From Eledone cirrhosa (Eukaryota): a stretch of 64,000 nt of DNA. Of the stretch, positions 29,225-44,497 are shown in pieces (position 1 is the stretch's first letter; every line of letters starts with the position of its first letter). A program made the position numbers and the translations under genes. The notes beneath the pieces are model-generated. The model was given only the letters and a program-made list of their open reading frames with translations, was not told where the DNA came from and ran no database searches. Where the stretch lies: NCBI GenBank assembly GCA_964016885.1, contig OZ024743.1, positions 376,092,001-376,156,000 of the forward strand. The letters are read 5' to 3'.

Positions 29225-29288
29225 ATATATCTGTATATATATATATATATAATATATATATATATATGCATATATATATATATAATAT

Positions 29289-29352
<64 letters not shown>

Positions 29353-29444
29353 GTATATATATATATATACATATATATATTTATTATATTATATTATATT
29401 ATATATATATTATATTATATTATATATATATCTGTATATATATA

Positions 29445-29554
<110 letters not shown>

Positions 29555-29596
29555 GATATTAATAAATGGAAACTATATTTATAAAACCATATTTAT

Positions 29597-29656
29597 TTCA
29601 GTATATATATTTCAAGGATACCAAGTTACATTATGGTATGCCTTCATCAGACAAAA
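29597..29656 (-). ncRNA. Hammerhead ribozyme family D (inverted copy)
   Basis: CTGATGA aggcatacca..tggtatcctt GAAA tata TA on the minus strand. Confidence 0.65.
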
Positions 29657-32157
29657 TACAATATATAACAGTTTTATAAATAGACATTGACGTACCCCTT
29701 TAAAAATTGACCGTTGCTTTTGGAGGCCATCAGGATAGTGATTTGTTTACTTTCGTAAGTCATAGTGTTAAGAGTAAGTAAAATGATGGAGAGAGAGAGA
29801 GAAACGAGGAGAAAAGAAAGGGAGAGATAGATAAAGAAAAAGAATAATAATATTAATAGAATTAATAATAGAAATTTAAAACCTAACCAAAATACCAATA
29901 ATAACCCAGCAATATTCAATCGAATAACTGTAACTGTAGAAATAAATCCAACTGTCCGTTAAATAACAACTGCTTAGCTAAAAATGTAGTTTATAATTGT
30001 AATGTTAAAACTAATTTAAATTCATTTAACTATGTCGGTTCTACCTCTACAGAATTTAAATCCCGCTTCAATAATCATAAAAATTCTTTTACAGATCCAA
30101 ACAAAAAATCTTCAACTTCGCTATCTAGCCTATTATGGGACCTAAAACGAGATAATGTTGAATATTCGCTGATTTGGAATATTATTTCAGAAGCTACTCC
30201 TTTTAATTCCTCTTCAGAAAATTGTGACCTTTGTATAGAGGAAATATTTTTTATATTAAAGACCAAAAATTCCCTTAATTTAAAGAAATATTTATTCAGT
30301 TGCTGCAGACATAGATTGAACTCAACGTTTAAATATAAATATAAATTTAAAATGTAGTTTAATTAATTAAGTAATTTAGTTAATATATGTAACCTGTCGA
30401 TAAATCATGAGATTCCTTCACCTTTTTCATTTTCTTTGGGTAAGTACCCAAGTATAAATTTTCTTCATAAATATAATTATAGATATAATAAACTATTCTA
30501 GAAAAGTTTATCCTTTCAATATCGTGAATATATTATACGTAAGATAAATTTCTCTACTAAACATTATTTTAGCTTAAAATATTCTATATTTTAAGTTTTT
30601 ACAATTTAAAAAACATTTTTTTTAAGCTTTTTAAAATTTTTTAAAAAAATTATTAAGATTTTTGAAATTTAAAAAAAAATTTTTTTTAAAATTAAAAAAA
30701 AATTTTTTTAATTTTTTAAAAATTTTTTAATTTTTTTAATTTTTATTTTTAAACTTTTTAATATTTTGATATCTGTAGAATCCTTGTTTTTAAGTTATAT
30801 TGATATAATATTTTATTTTTTATTAGATTCATTTTATTTATTTTTTTATTAGATTCATTTTATTTTTTTATTTTTATTAGATTTGTTTTTATTAGATTTG
30901 TTTTTATTCTGATAGCTTCTCATAATTTTTATTAGATTTATTTTTTATTCTGATAGCTTCTCATAATTTTCAAAAGTTTGTCCTTTCAATATCTTGATTA
31001 AAATATACGTAAGATTAATTTCTATACTAAATATATTTAACATATTATTTTAACTTAAAATATTCTATAATATTTTGGGATATTTTAGTATTTTGATATT
31101 TGTAGAATTCGTTTGCCTTTTAAGTTATATTGATATAATTATATTTCCAAATTATAATCCTTTTGTATTTTATATACTCAATTGTACTATGTTATATGTT
31201 GATGTATACGTATATCTATGTACGGCTAATGTATCTATATGTGTGTGCTGACATACATATACATGTGTTATATGCTTTTTTATGATTATATGTCTGTCTG
31301 TATATATGCATGAGTGACGCGTGTATACCAATTGAAGATGCACACACATATCTATTCATGTATAGCTAAGAATTATGGATGTGAATGTACAGGCTTACAC
31401 ATGCAGTTTTTGATTGCAGATATGCATAACTTAACAGCCATAAATGCATGAAAGTTAATCCTATATATTTATATATATATACTAAAAACTTTTAATTTTC
31501 AATTAATAACACAGGGAATGTATGGCAATAAACAAAAAAATCACTTATGCTTTGTATATATATATATTATATGCGGGAGTAGAAATAATGTGTATTTTCT
31601 GAGTGAGTGTGTATATATATATATATTTATGTACCTTTGCCTATGTGTATGTAATATGCGATAGATAATCTCTCTAGCAATATATATATTTTATAATATT
31701 TAAATTCCAATTTTTAATATATTGATCTCAATTTTAAACTAAATATCTAATCATAATTAAACAATGTGTAATTTCTCATATTATATATATCTATATTCCA
31801 TTCATGAATATTAATATTTCTAATTTTATTTATGCTTTTCATCCCAACTAAGGTTTTCGTTCTCTCCCCCTCTCTCTATCTCTATATATCTCTCTCTGGA
31901 TTTTTTCTCTGTCTGATGGTTTGATATCTCCCCGTTATTTTTCCTCTGTTCTCTTTTCTTTTTGCTTTCTTCTTTTTCTTTATCTATCTCTCCCTTTCTT
32001 TTCTCCACGTTTCTCTCTCTCTCTCCATCTTTTTACTTACTCTTAACACTATGACTTACTAAAGTAAACAAATCACTATCCTGATGGCCTCCAAACGCAA
32101 CGGTCAATTTTTAAAGGGGTACGTCAATGTCTATTTATAAAACTGTTATATATTGAA

Positions 32158-32217
32158 TTTTGTCTGATGAAGGCATACCATAATGTAACTTGGTATCCTT
32201 GAAATATATATAATGAA
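32158..32217 (+). ncRNA. Hammerhead ribozyme family D
   Basis: gt CTGATGA agg-c-atacca-taatgtaact-tggtat-cct-t GAAA tatata TA at. Confidence 0.65.
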
Positions 32218-32347
32218 ATAAATATGGTTTTATAAATATAGTTTCCATTTATTAATATCGTATATCTACTCCAAATATTTGTCGAGTGCTTTATATCAGT
32301 TATAAAAATATTTGCTTGTTGTATCCCAACAATTTAAATAAAACTTT

Positions 32348-32398
<51 letters not shown>

Positions 32399-32435
32399 CT
32401 GGCAATATTACGCAAATATGACCCTCCCCAAGTAT

Positions 32436-32617
<182 letters not shown>

Positions 32618-32664
32618 TATATATATATCTGTATATATATATATATATCTGTATATATATATAT

Positions 32665-32701
<37 letters not shown>

Positions 32702-32877
32702 GGTAAACGGAATAGAAAATGCTGACAAATTGTTCACAGTTGAAAAATGGTTTAATTAGGAATAAAAGAGTATTAGTGATTGTATGGGTTAGTATTCAGT
32801 TGTGGTATATATATATATATATATATATTATATTATATTATATTATATCTATATCTGTATATATATATATATCTATA

Positions 32878-32965
<88 letters not shown>

Positions 32966-32984
32966 ATATTATATTATATATATA

Positions 32985-33059
<75 letters not shown>

Positions 33060-33212
33060 GGCTCAGTTTATAATTTGTCCCACTACCTTTTCCCGATATA
33101 TTATAGATACTTGTATGTGTGCGAACGAGTGCGTGTATGTGTATATGTGTTTATGTGTACATATTTGTATGTATGTATGTGTATGTATGCGTGTGTGCTT
33201 GTATATGTGTAA

Positions 33213-33250
<38 letters not shown>

Positions 33251-33460
33251 ATATATGTGTATGTGTGTGTATGTGTGTATATGTATATATGTGTGTATGT
33301 ATGTGTTTTTGTGTGTGTGTATGTATGTGTATGTATGTATGTGTGTGCATATGTATGTATATGTATGTATAGTATAGTTTATACCGAGAGACATACATAC
33401 ATGTATGTGTTATATATGTATGTGTATATGCACGTGTGTATGTGTAGATATATATGTATG

Positions 33461-33522
<62 letters not shown>

Positions 33523-34649
33523 GTGTGTATGCAGATATATATGTGTGTGTATGTGTATGCGTGTGTATGTGTATATTTGTGTGTATGTGGTTTTCCTGTG
33601 TGTGTATATATATATATATACGTGGGGGAGAGAAAAGGGAGGAAAAACGATTGAAGAAGTACAAATAAAAATAAAAATAAACATAAAAATAAACATAAAA
33701 ATAAATAAGTGGTGGAAGAGTGTGAGGCATGTAGGGGTGGTGGCAGGTGGAGTTGGGAGAGGGAAGCAGGGGGTCCGAGCGGGGAGGGCTGATGGTGGTG
33801 TATGTGTGTAGGTGTAGGTGTACGTGTGTGTGTGTGCGTGGGGTTAGGTGTAAATCGGTGTGTGCGTGCATGCGTGTGGATGGAGGGGGGGGGGATTCCG
33901 GAGGCTGAGTGTGCATATGTGGGGATATGCACGTGTGTGTTTGTCTTTATAAGTGGTGTGGCTGAAGGTGGCGTGGTTCGAAAAAAATGTGAGTGTTTGT
34001 ACGTGGGTAAGTTCCTAAGGTAGTTCCGCGGAGTGTGCGATAAGATGTTGGATATCTCTCATGTTATAGAGTGGATACCAGGAACGATGACCGGTGGTGT
34101 GGAATCCATTAGTGGTGGTCGGAAGTGGAGAGATGTGAGGTGCGCGCGCAACAGGAAGTGGTCAGGGGGTCAACGCAGGGTGAAGAGATAGCAGTAGAGG
34201 AGGATGACAGGTGGAGAAATGGTCTGTATGTGGTGAGGACTGTGTGTCTGTGTGTGCGGAGGTGCGGTGGACAGGGGAAAGGATGGGTAGGTGTGAAAGG
34301 TGGAGGGGAAGGTGGTGATGTGGGAGGATGGGGTGTATATTAGTAGAGGTGTTAGTGGGATGTGTGTGTGTGTGTGAAGGGGTGTAGGTGGAGCGGGAAG
34401 AGGGAGAGGGGGAGAAAAGGTGTTGGAGACGGAGGAGGGAGTGTAGTGTACTGGTGTGTGTGGTAGAGGGGGTGTTAGTGGGTGTTAGTATTACTGGTGG
34501 TAGTATTACTGGTGCTAGTATTATTAGTCGTGGGGTGGGCGGTGAAATGGAAGAGTGTGTTAGTGGGGGATGTGTGTGTGTGGGGGGGAATGGGGGCGAA
34601 CGAAGGCTAAAGGAATAGGGGTGGGGAGTTCAGGCCGAGGGGTGTGTGG

Positions 34650-35450
34650 ATCTGTAGGGTAACCTCTCCGGATGAAATGGCTGACTAGGGAAAGGGCCTG
34701 GGACTCAAAGTCAGCTTCTCGGCTGCAGAGGCGGCGGATCCGGATGAGTTGGGAGTAGGGAATGGAGTGTTTTGTGTGTGTTGGGTGGGAGGAGGTGAAG
34801 TCGAGGTAGGAGTGGGAGTCGGTGGGTTTGAAGAAGGCGGAGGTGACGAGGGAGCGGTGGGAGGGGTCGATGGCGACGGAGATGTCAAAGAAGTGGACGT
34901 GGGTGGTGGAGATAGAGGTGGTGAAATGGAGGGAGGGGTGGAAGGAGCAGAAGAGAGTCAAGATGTTCTCGGGCAAGGGTCGTGGCTCCGATACAGTCGT
35001 CGATGTAACGACCATACTGTTCGGGTGTGGGGCCGGTGTACCGGGAAAAGATTTGGGCCTCAACATGACCAACGAAAAGGTTGGCATAGTTTGGGGCCCA
35101 TTCTTGTGCCCATGGCTACCCCCGTGATCTGTTGGTAAAACTCACTCGAGATGGAGAAGCAGTTGAGGGTGAGGACCAGCTCAGCGAGGCGTAGGAGGGT
35201 GTGGGTGGATGGGGATGGGGAGGGGCGAAGGTTGAGGTAGTGCCGGAGGGCACGTAGGCCGCCGGCGTGGGGGATGACAGTATAGAGGGACTTGATATCT
35301 AGTGTGAAGAGGAGGGGGTGTGGGTCGGGTGGGAAAGTGAGGGAGTCGAACAGGCAAAGGGCGTGGTTGGTGTCGAAGATGTGAGAGGGGAGGGTGGTGG
35401 CGAGGGGAGCGAGGATGGAGTCAAGAAAGGCGGAGATGAGTTCGGTGGGG
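34650..35450 (-). mobile_element. Frameshifted Penelope-like RT fragment, with a C-rich downstream region to ~33700
   Basis: TELISAFLDSIL, LFTLDIKSLYTVIPH, GVAMGTRMGP, acatcgacgac (YIDD) in a shifted frame, FKPTDSHSYLDFTSSHP, SIPYSQLIRIRRLCS. Confidence 0.9.
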
Positions 35451-36054
35451 CGATTTTTTCTGAACAAGTGATTCTACAAATGGAATTTCTTTTTATAGAT
35501 CAGCAATAAGTTTGGTCATCAGGCTACAGGAGTTCTCATGGACAACTGATCTTAAACTCCTCTGTTCTATCAAGTTATTCATCTATGCCTAGTTCTATTA
35601 AAGCCCATCAAACTAAGTAACGTGATAGTGTGTGTGTGTGTATAAGTATGCATATATATATGTGTGTGTAAGTATTTATGTATGTGGTTGTGAGTATGTA
35701 AATATATTTTATTCTTTCCATTCTACAAAAACACTCTGGCCACCTGTGGTTTGTATGTTAACTTGACCACTCACCTCAGTCTGTGATTCGGTTTTGTTTA
35801 TTTTCTATTACCAACCCACCTAAAACAATTTCCCTACTATATATCTGTTGAATTACTATTCTTGGGGTTTTTATTTATTTATTTTTATTAATTTATTCAT
35901 TTATCTATTTATTCATTTATTTATTTATTTATTTATTTACTTATTTATTTATTTACTTTTTCTTTTTCTTTTCCTTTTATTTCAAAAAAACACTCTGGCT
36001 AATTGACCACTCCCCAAAGAAAAAACGGGCTGTGCCATGTTGTGGTCCTGTGTA

Positions 36055-36402
36055 TCTAAATAGGTTCCCAGTTTTATCCGAATGCACCATGATGTCATTG
36101 GTGTTATCATACTCTGTTAAGTTGCTACGGAGTTTTTGTAGGAATCGGTTGTGTCTGGGTTTAAATTTAATGTTCTTGACCAGTTGGAAGAGGTCATTCT
36201 CGAAGGGTGAGAGCAAAGGGTTCGGGGGGGGGGGATTTGTAGGTAATAAATCCGAATCTCTCCTTGGTGCCGAAGTCCTGGTTGTCGCAATATCTGTCAT
36301 AGAAAAAAGTTCTCCATCTAAGTCTTTTCGCAAATAGATCGAACTTTTTGCGTGAGCATCCGAAGGTAAAGTTTTTTCGGTGGGATTGGGATGTTCTTGG
36401 TA
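36055..36402 (-). pseudogene. N-terminal fragment of a PLE ORF (Naiad-like by inference), frameshifted
   Basis: KNIPIPPKK..., KRLRWRTFFY, FENDLFQLVKNIKF, FLQKL, SDKTGNLF. Confidence 0.7.
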
Positions 36403-36594
36403 CCCCCTCCCCCTCCCCAGTATCTTCTTTGACCTCATGCTCAGCTGTAGCTGGCACTACCAACGCATGATTGGGTCTACTCCACCCCTACCCTTTTTCT
36501 CCTACTGGCAGGTTTAGCCACCATCTCCCCTACTAATTTGCAATCACAGAATTACTACTGACTCTTGACAATCACTTTGACCATATATGGAATT

Positions 36595-36688
36595 ACCCCT
36601 TGAGAAGCTCGGCTATTTAAATACCAGGATAAATTTTCATTTAGTCCAGAATTAGCCGTCGAAACGGCTTGAGCTCAGCCGTCGGGGT
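36595..36688 (+). ncRNA. Hammerhead ribozyme (U3/A8 variant) in a family C-related pLTR (~36405-36782)
   Basis: acccc TTGAGAA gct-cggcta-(~37 nt)-tagccg-tc GAAA cggct-tgagctc-agccg TC ggggt. Confidence 0.75.
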
Positions 36689-36883
36689 CTTACTGGTTCC
36701 TATTACCCACTCTACTACCCTAAGTATTGAGTACTTTGGTGCGTTATGGTCCACCTGGTTCCTTACCACATTTCCTTCGTTATATATATATATATATTAT
36801 ATTATATTATATATATATATCTGTATATATATATATATATATATCTGTATATATATATCTATATCTATATATATATATCTATA

Positions 36884-36974
<91 letters not shown>

Positions 36975-37900
36975 GTGATGTTTTTTTTACAAAATGAAAA
37001 ATAACCGAGGTGTCCTACACGAGTGAAAGTATAAAGAAAAAGAGATGAAATCGAAAATGCAACTGGAGTCTTATTTAAAAATATATATATATATATATTT
37101 ATTTATATATATATATATATATATGTATATATCTGTATATATATATATATATATATATACATCCAGGCAGTGTAACATGAAGTTACTGTAGGTTCACCCA
37201 GATGACCACTCGATGTTTAGGTTCACGTCAGTGGAGAGGTATAGAGCTAGACATAGTGTAATATAATAATACAAGGATGATTTGTTATGCCATTATTACG
37301 CTTACTAGCAGAAAAACCACCCTTCGGGTGGTTTTCTGCTAGCATGTGTAGTGTGTATATTGATATTATACGCAGGTATATATATATATATGTAGATATG
37401 ATACATCAAATAAAATCGTAATTGACAATATACAATACATAGAAATTGAACGAAGATACTGTGTTATGTAATCAGTAACGTAATCCATGATACATTAAAA
37501 AAAGACGATATTATATATAAACTCCATTTGGAGAAAATTAGTGACAGAAAATTAATATGTTTATTTAAGCGATGGCCAATCGGAAGTGTTGATATTTCAG
37601 AAATTTTAAAGAAGTGAATCTTTAAATAAACAAAATATATTTAATCAACAGCCACGAAATTTAGTAGATAAATTATGTAATATTCATTCATTATTTATTC
37701 AAAGTAATCCAACTTATTTTACTAATGGGATAACAAATTATAAACCGTACGCAGTCCCGCGCTCCTTACTCTATTATAGTTTAGATTGATTGGTGACGCG
37801 CGTTTCGCTTTTGTTCAGCTCAAGATATGATCTGTATCGATCTGGCTCGACTCTGGAATCAAAAGGTCTTCGAACTTCTTATTATATAAATATGTATATG

Positions 37901-38009
<109 letters not shown>

Positions 38010-38061
38010 GTATATATATAAATATATATATATATATATACACCACATACACACCACATAC

Positions 38062-38130
<69 letters not shown>

Positions 38131-38302
38131 TATACGGATTAACAAATAATAGTTAAATGCAGTCCACTTAGGTGAAGTCCAGTTATGGTATTCCAGGTAG
38201 TGGATGATATTAACGCTTGGCTTGGTTTGACTCAACAAGGCGTTTTCATAGTGATGCTGCGGGTATGCCGTAATTCCTATGTTGTAAACACTTGGAGTAA
38301 TA

Positions 38303-38764
38303 ATAAATCAGGAAAGAAGGTTTACATGGTTTGCTATACAAAAAAGTTTTTAATCACATAGCTTACATTTGTTTCACTGAACTGGTATGTCTAGAGATCG
38401 CTATCCGCTTAATTTTGCGTTACTCGATCGCCAATACAGAATTATAACCAGTCAGATCATCGGAGCATGCGAGAATGAAGAAAATACACAGGCAAGAAAA
38501 GAAAAGAAAATACATGCTACTATATGAAGTAGTAATGGCATTACTTCATATAGTAGCATGTATTTTCTTTTCTTTTCTTGCCTGTGCATTTTCTTCATTC
38601 TCGCATGCTCCGAAGATCTGACTGGTTATAATTCTGTATTGGCGATCGAGTAACGCAAAATTAAGCGGATAGCGATCTCTAGACATACCAGTTCAGTGAA
38701 ACAAATGTAAGCTATGTGATTAAAAACTTTTTTGTATAGCAAACCATGTAAACCTTCTTTCCTG

Positions 38765-38770
<6 letters not shown>
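38303..38770. repeat. ~470-bp palindrome of pLTR family E carrying two divergently oriented hammerhead motifs (38361-38466 minus, 38607-38712 plus)
   Basis: Arms ataaatcaggaaagaagg.. / ..ccttctttcctgatttat; centre gaagtagtaatggcattacttc ~38537. Confidence 0.9.
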
Positions 38771-38848
<78 letters not shown>

Positions 38849-40204
38849 GAATTGGAAGGTTTGGGAGTTGGTGCAGTTTAATACTAAAACCAGATAATGA
38901 AGGTGGCTGCGGCCTGACGCTGCTAACACTTTCAGTGGCAGATTAGTGGGTGCTTTTAATTTTAATTTTAATTTTATTAACTTGTAGCGACTAGCCCCAC
39001 CTTGCCCGGGGAGAAAAAAACTAATTGGAGTTACTTCCTCGTGGCCAGTATATAAGGGAGTGTTCTGACGTCACTCGACCTCTCCTGCTCACTTACCCTC
39101 TTTTTGGCGACACCTCTCAAACTGGTCACATCAAGCGCAAGCATGCTAACCTTTTTTCAACCATATCTTATAATTCAGGATTATACCTTGTCATGCCACG
39201 AGGTACATTTGCTTACCACATATGTAATTCACGGACTACAATAAACGCAAGTCATTTTGATACTCGTTTTGAGAAACTTATGCTTCCGTTATTACTTCAG
39301 ATGTAGTGAGAGATAATTCTCACACGAAATGAAATTGTATGAAAATATTCCTATCCTTTATTTCTATTAAATTTAGTAGTTGGGATCCGGTGGTGCTTAC
39401 TGGAGTAAGTAACCCTGGGACCAACTCACTAAAAACTTATTTTTTAAAACAGTTTTAGTGTTTTGAAGCGTGTTTTGAGGTGTTTTGTTTTGGTTACTAA
39501 TTTCAGTTCAGGGTTTAATAGTTGGCTTAAGTTTTAGAATTCGGTTGATTAGATATTAAATAACTTAATGGATGATTCTGGTTGTAGTGGACCTTGTTTT
39601 ACTGTGTTAAAAGATACGTTTTTTTTTTGTGTAACTGGGTCAATGTATTTTGTATGCTGTCTCAGGGGATGAGGTTTGTTGTGTTAATTCATGTTGATGT
39701 TGAGTATACATAAAAAAGGTACGCTGCAGGCTTGTGGTATATGAAATACTTCTCTACATATGTTCCCTCACGTATATATGTAATGATGTATAAACTTAAT
39801 ATACTACACGTCGAAACTACCAACAATAAACACAGCTATAATATTAACTACACCGACAATAATAATTGTTTCTAATGATAATAAAATATAAACAATAAAC
39901 TACAATGGCTAAATAATAATAAAAACAACAATAATGATAATAATAATAATTTCTTTTTATTTATATTATATTTTTTGTTTATTTTTTATTTATTTTAATT
40001 TTATTTTTCAAATATTTTTTAATAAATAAAACACAAGTTGTTGAAAAAATTAAACAAAAAAAAAAGAAAGAAAAGACGAAAACGAAAGAAAGAAGAGGCA
40101 TAAAAACAAAACATAAAAATAAAACAAATTATAAAACAAGAAAATATTCTCAATTTCCATTGGAAAGGAATGGAAAACCTATTTAAAATAGATTTCTTTG
40201 AAAT

Positions 40205-40335
40205 AATAATTGTTTCTACTTTTGGCACAAGGCCAGCAAATTATACCAGTGCATTACTGGTACTTTATTTTATCGACCCCGTAAGGATGAAAGGCAAAGT
40301 TAACCTGGACGGGATTTGAACTCAGACCGTAAAGG
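40205..40335 (-). mobile_element. SINE fragment resembling the octopus OK-type SINE
   Basis: tactttattttatcgaccccgtaaggatgaaaggcaaagt..gggatttgaactcag (B box GAGTTCAAATCC on minus strand); family name from recall. Confidence 0.75.
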
Positions 40336-40779
40336 CATAATAATAAAGAATAGTAAGTGTTTAAAGAGAGACGAACGAAAGATTGTGATACATAGAATAA
40401 GGCGGTGTTAAGGGGTTTAGGGGTAGTGGGGCCGGAGTTGTTGTCTGGGAGAGAAAGAGAAGGAGGGGGAGAGAAAAGGGTCAGCAGTAAGTAGAGGGAA
40501 GAAGGAGGGGGGAGGCGGGAGGAGGAAAGAGCCAGAGGAGACGGAGGTGGTGTAGGGATGGAGCAGAGGACGCGGTGGTGTGTTAGGAGGGATATAAACG
40601 AAAGAAATACATATTTTGGGGGTTGGGGTTAGGGTGAAGGTTGAGAGGGGTTCTGGAGGACGGCGATGGGAGAATATGAATAGTTGTTTTTATAATCATT
40701 TGCAGTTGTGTAAAGCAACATATGAATTCACTGCAGGGTGTGTCTGTAAGGTGGAAATACAGGCCATACATTGGAATAG

Positions 40780-40812
40780 GGAGTGAGAGTGAGAGAGAGA
40801 CAGAGGGAGATA

Positions 40813-40886
<74 letters not shown>

Positions 40887-40903
40887 GAGAGAGAACCAGA
40901 TAG

Positions 40904-40942
<39 letters not shown>

Positions 40943-41283
40943 TACAGTGATAAAGAAAGAGATATATAGAGAGATAGAGATAGATAGATAGGTAGAGAGA
41001 GAGTGAGAGAGGCGGGGGAAAGGGGGAAGAAATGGGGGAGTGATGGGAAGAGGAAGAAAGAAACAATGAAACCAACAACTAAAACTAACATAAACAACAA
41101 CAACAGCAACAAAACCAGATTCCGTATAAGCCATGTTAAAAGCAATTATAATAGACTGACTGAATGTACATACTTGCACCACACACACACATACTCGGAC
41201 ATACAAACAAGCACACACAAACAAGCACACATACACACATATACACACACACACATACAAACACATACTCGGATATACAAACA

Positions 41284-41348
<65 letters not shown>

Positions 41349-41379
41349 TCACATAGTCGGACACGCACATACAAACAAT

Positions 41380-41411
<32 letters not shown>

Positions 41412-41685
41412 CTCCGGCGGATACACACACATACACACATGCACACACGCACACATACACCCACACACATAAAAGCACACACACAAACACACACTCGGAC
41501 ACGCGCGCGCACACACACACGCACACAAACACGCATACACATACGGACACGCACATTCAAACTCTCAGGCATACAAATATATACATACATATTACTACAT
41601 ACATACAAACATATATATACATATATGATGGCTGCCCCCTCGTTATCGAGTATGGCCATTGCACGAGAAAAAAAAATATATATAT

Positions 41686-41744
<59 letters not shown>

Positions 41745-42032
41745 TATATATACATACATATGTATTAATAACAATAATATATATAATACATATATAATAA
41801 TACATATATACATACATATATACATACATACACACACACACACATACAAAATACACAGATAGACAAATTCTGGCAAGAATATTAATATGTATTCATAAAT
41901 GTATACGAACATACATATTTAGATATATAATGCATCATATATAATTAAATACACGCACACAACAAAAGAGGGATAGATAGATATAGATAGATATATATGT
42001 ATGTTATACACACACACACACATATATGTATG

Positions 42033-42071
<39 letters not shown>

Positions 42072-42192
42072 ATATATAGTTTTAATATAGATGGGATTCT
42101 ACACACAAACATTTATACATCCATATTTACACAACCACAGCCATCCACCTTGACATAAAACGATATATTTACACACACACACGCGCACACAC

Positions 42193-42261
<69 letters not shown>

Positions 42262-42320
42262 TATATATATATGTATATATATATATATACACATAAATGT
42301 ATACATATACACACATATTC
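40780..42320. repeat. (GA)n/(GATA)n, (CA)n and (TA)n microsatellite mosaic
   Basis: Directly visible. Confidence 0.9.
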
Positions 42321-42660
42321 GATTTGTAGTCAGATTAGATTGTAATTAAATGCATAAATTCTTCTATTGAAAATGATAGTCTAAATTATAAAAATATTGT
42401 TTTAAGCCCGAGTAACATGGACATGCTAGAGTGAATACATCTGTCTATCTATCTATCTTGATAGAGTAAGACACGCTTCACATCGGCTCCGCTATTCCAT
42501 CGGGATTTACCCTTACTATTGTAAGTACCGGATAAATTTTTCAGTGCAACACATTTGGAACACTAACCCCTGTTATTTAGGGAAACATTTTTGCATTTAC
42601 CCCCTTTTTAGGGGGTAAAATAAATATCTATTTTTGCCGAAAAATTTCTTTCTTGGCAGC

Positions 42661-44492
42661 ATGGCGGAAAAGATGGCAGACATGTCTGCCATTAGCTCTG
42701 CCACGCCCCCCAAGTCTGAAGAACAAAAAAATAATTACAACAAAATTAGACAATGAAACAAACAAAGAAAATGAAAAAACAAATGTTAAGGAAAATGAAC
42801 AAACGGAAAACAAACAAACAGAAAATAATACAAATAACAACAGGGCAACTTTCGCCCAGAAAACAAAACAATCCATTACATACACACCAATTGACCTAAC
42901 TGCCGCCAGAGAAAAACTGGCCGAAGCAAAGAAACACATTGTTTTGGGGGAGAACGGAATGTTTTCCATTAACTCCCCCCCAGAATTCAAGAAAGAAAGA
43001 ACAGAGAACACAGTTCTCTTCAGAACTATACTGAACCAGACAAGAAAGCCAGCACAGCCCAGCCAAATGGAAATAGAGTTAGTCCTAAAAGACTATATGA
43101 AGAATATTCTCTTCATACGAAAGGACCGACTCTATGGCAGCATTTCGGTCCTAACAAGAGACAAGGAAACGGCGGAGAAGCTTTCCCTAAGCCCACTCTC
43201 ATCGACAACATACAGCTTCTATCCCTCCTACATGGGTAGAAGAACACAGAGAGTAAAAGTAAAAACAATGCTGCCCACAATGGACTTCTGGTGGGCTATT
43301 GCTGGCTTCATAGACATGGGCGAAGACACAATGCTGTCAATGGGGAAGGCAACTGGAGATGCGTTCCTGGGAATGGGCCTCGACATACTAGTCCAAATGA
43401 GGCCCGAAAGAATAGCACAAATCCCGGATCGCATCTGGCTGGATGACCTTACCCCAATAGACATAATTGTAGAAGGGAGAAGACCAGCATGCTATTTATG
43501 CATGGAAAGGGGACACGTTAAGGCTAACTGCCCGAAACGTATCCTCCAAAAAGGACTATTGCCCACACCCACCACAAACAGTACACCAACACCACCCACC
43601 TCCAAAAATACACTAATACCACACACAGCAAACAAAATACAGACACCACCAACCACAAACACAACACAAACATCACCACCACCAGCACCAAACACAAGCA
43701 AGACACAAAAATCACCACCACCAACCACAACACAAACATCACCACCACCATCACCAACCACAAGCACGACACAAACATTACCACCACCACCACCACAAAA
43801 CCCATTCCAAACAAATAATAAAAAAAACAGTAACAAATCTACCCCTCCCGCAAAAAAAACAACCACACAACACGTCCCTCCCACCTAGCGCTGAAGAGTT
43901 TCCCCCAACTTCTGAAGAAGGAGGAGAAGCCTTCAGACAAGTTAAAAGAAAAAAAAGAAAACACACACCCAGCACACCACAAATAACCCACACACAAACA
44001 CCAACTCCAATCAAAAACACCTCACCCTCAACAAACAAAAATAAATCTGCGCCTCCCCTCTCCGAAACATTGACAGCATCACAAAAAAAGACGTTGCAAT
44101 ACACATATATAAATAAAGAAAACAAAAAACTGGTTAAATTAATAAACAATAACCCTATGGTGCAGACCGAAGGGCCAAACTTTATCTCAACAGAGAACTT
44201 CACCCATTTAAAAATGATAAAGGTCCCTCTGGACCTTTATCGTTCCTTAAAAGAACAATTTAGACGGGACGTGAGCCCCCCGTATTTAAAACCGTTGAAT
44301 CGCGTCCTCTTGAAAGATTTCCCCATAACCGCCCCTCTCCCTGACACAACTCCAAATACCCCAACCCCACCACACACGTGTACCCCCACACCACCACAAA
44401 ACATCCCTCCACCCAACACACCTGATGCCATGGAAATTACGCAACCCGGAGAGGTAGGTGCTTTTCTTTCTTCACTTTCAACACCAAAATAG
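42661..44492 (+). pseudogene. Tx1/L1 ORF1 (gag-like, zinc knuckle, P/T-rich tail), with apparent frameshifts near poly-A runs (~42725, ~43855)
   Basis: IVEGRRPACYLCMERGHVKANCP; ATG at 42661; continuation ..EEFPPTSEEGGEAFRQVKRKKRK.. joins track ORF 44070-44492. Confidence 0.75.
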
Positions 44493-44497
44493 ATCAA

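Noticed and set aside
38990-39425. Possible Helentron/DINE-like element (actagc..ttgcccggg start, gcttact-gg-agtaagt hairpin)
   Set aside because: Single copy in the window and no clear sub-terminal inverted repeats; too weak to call
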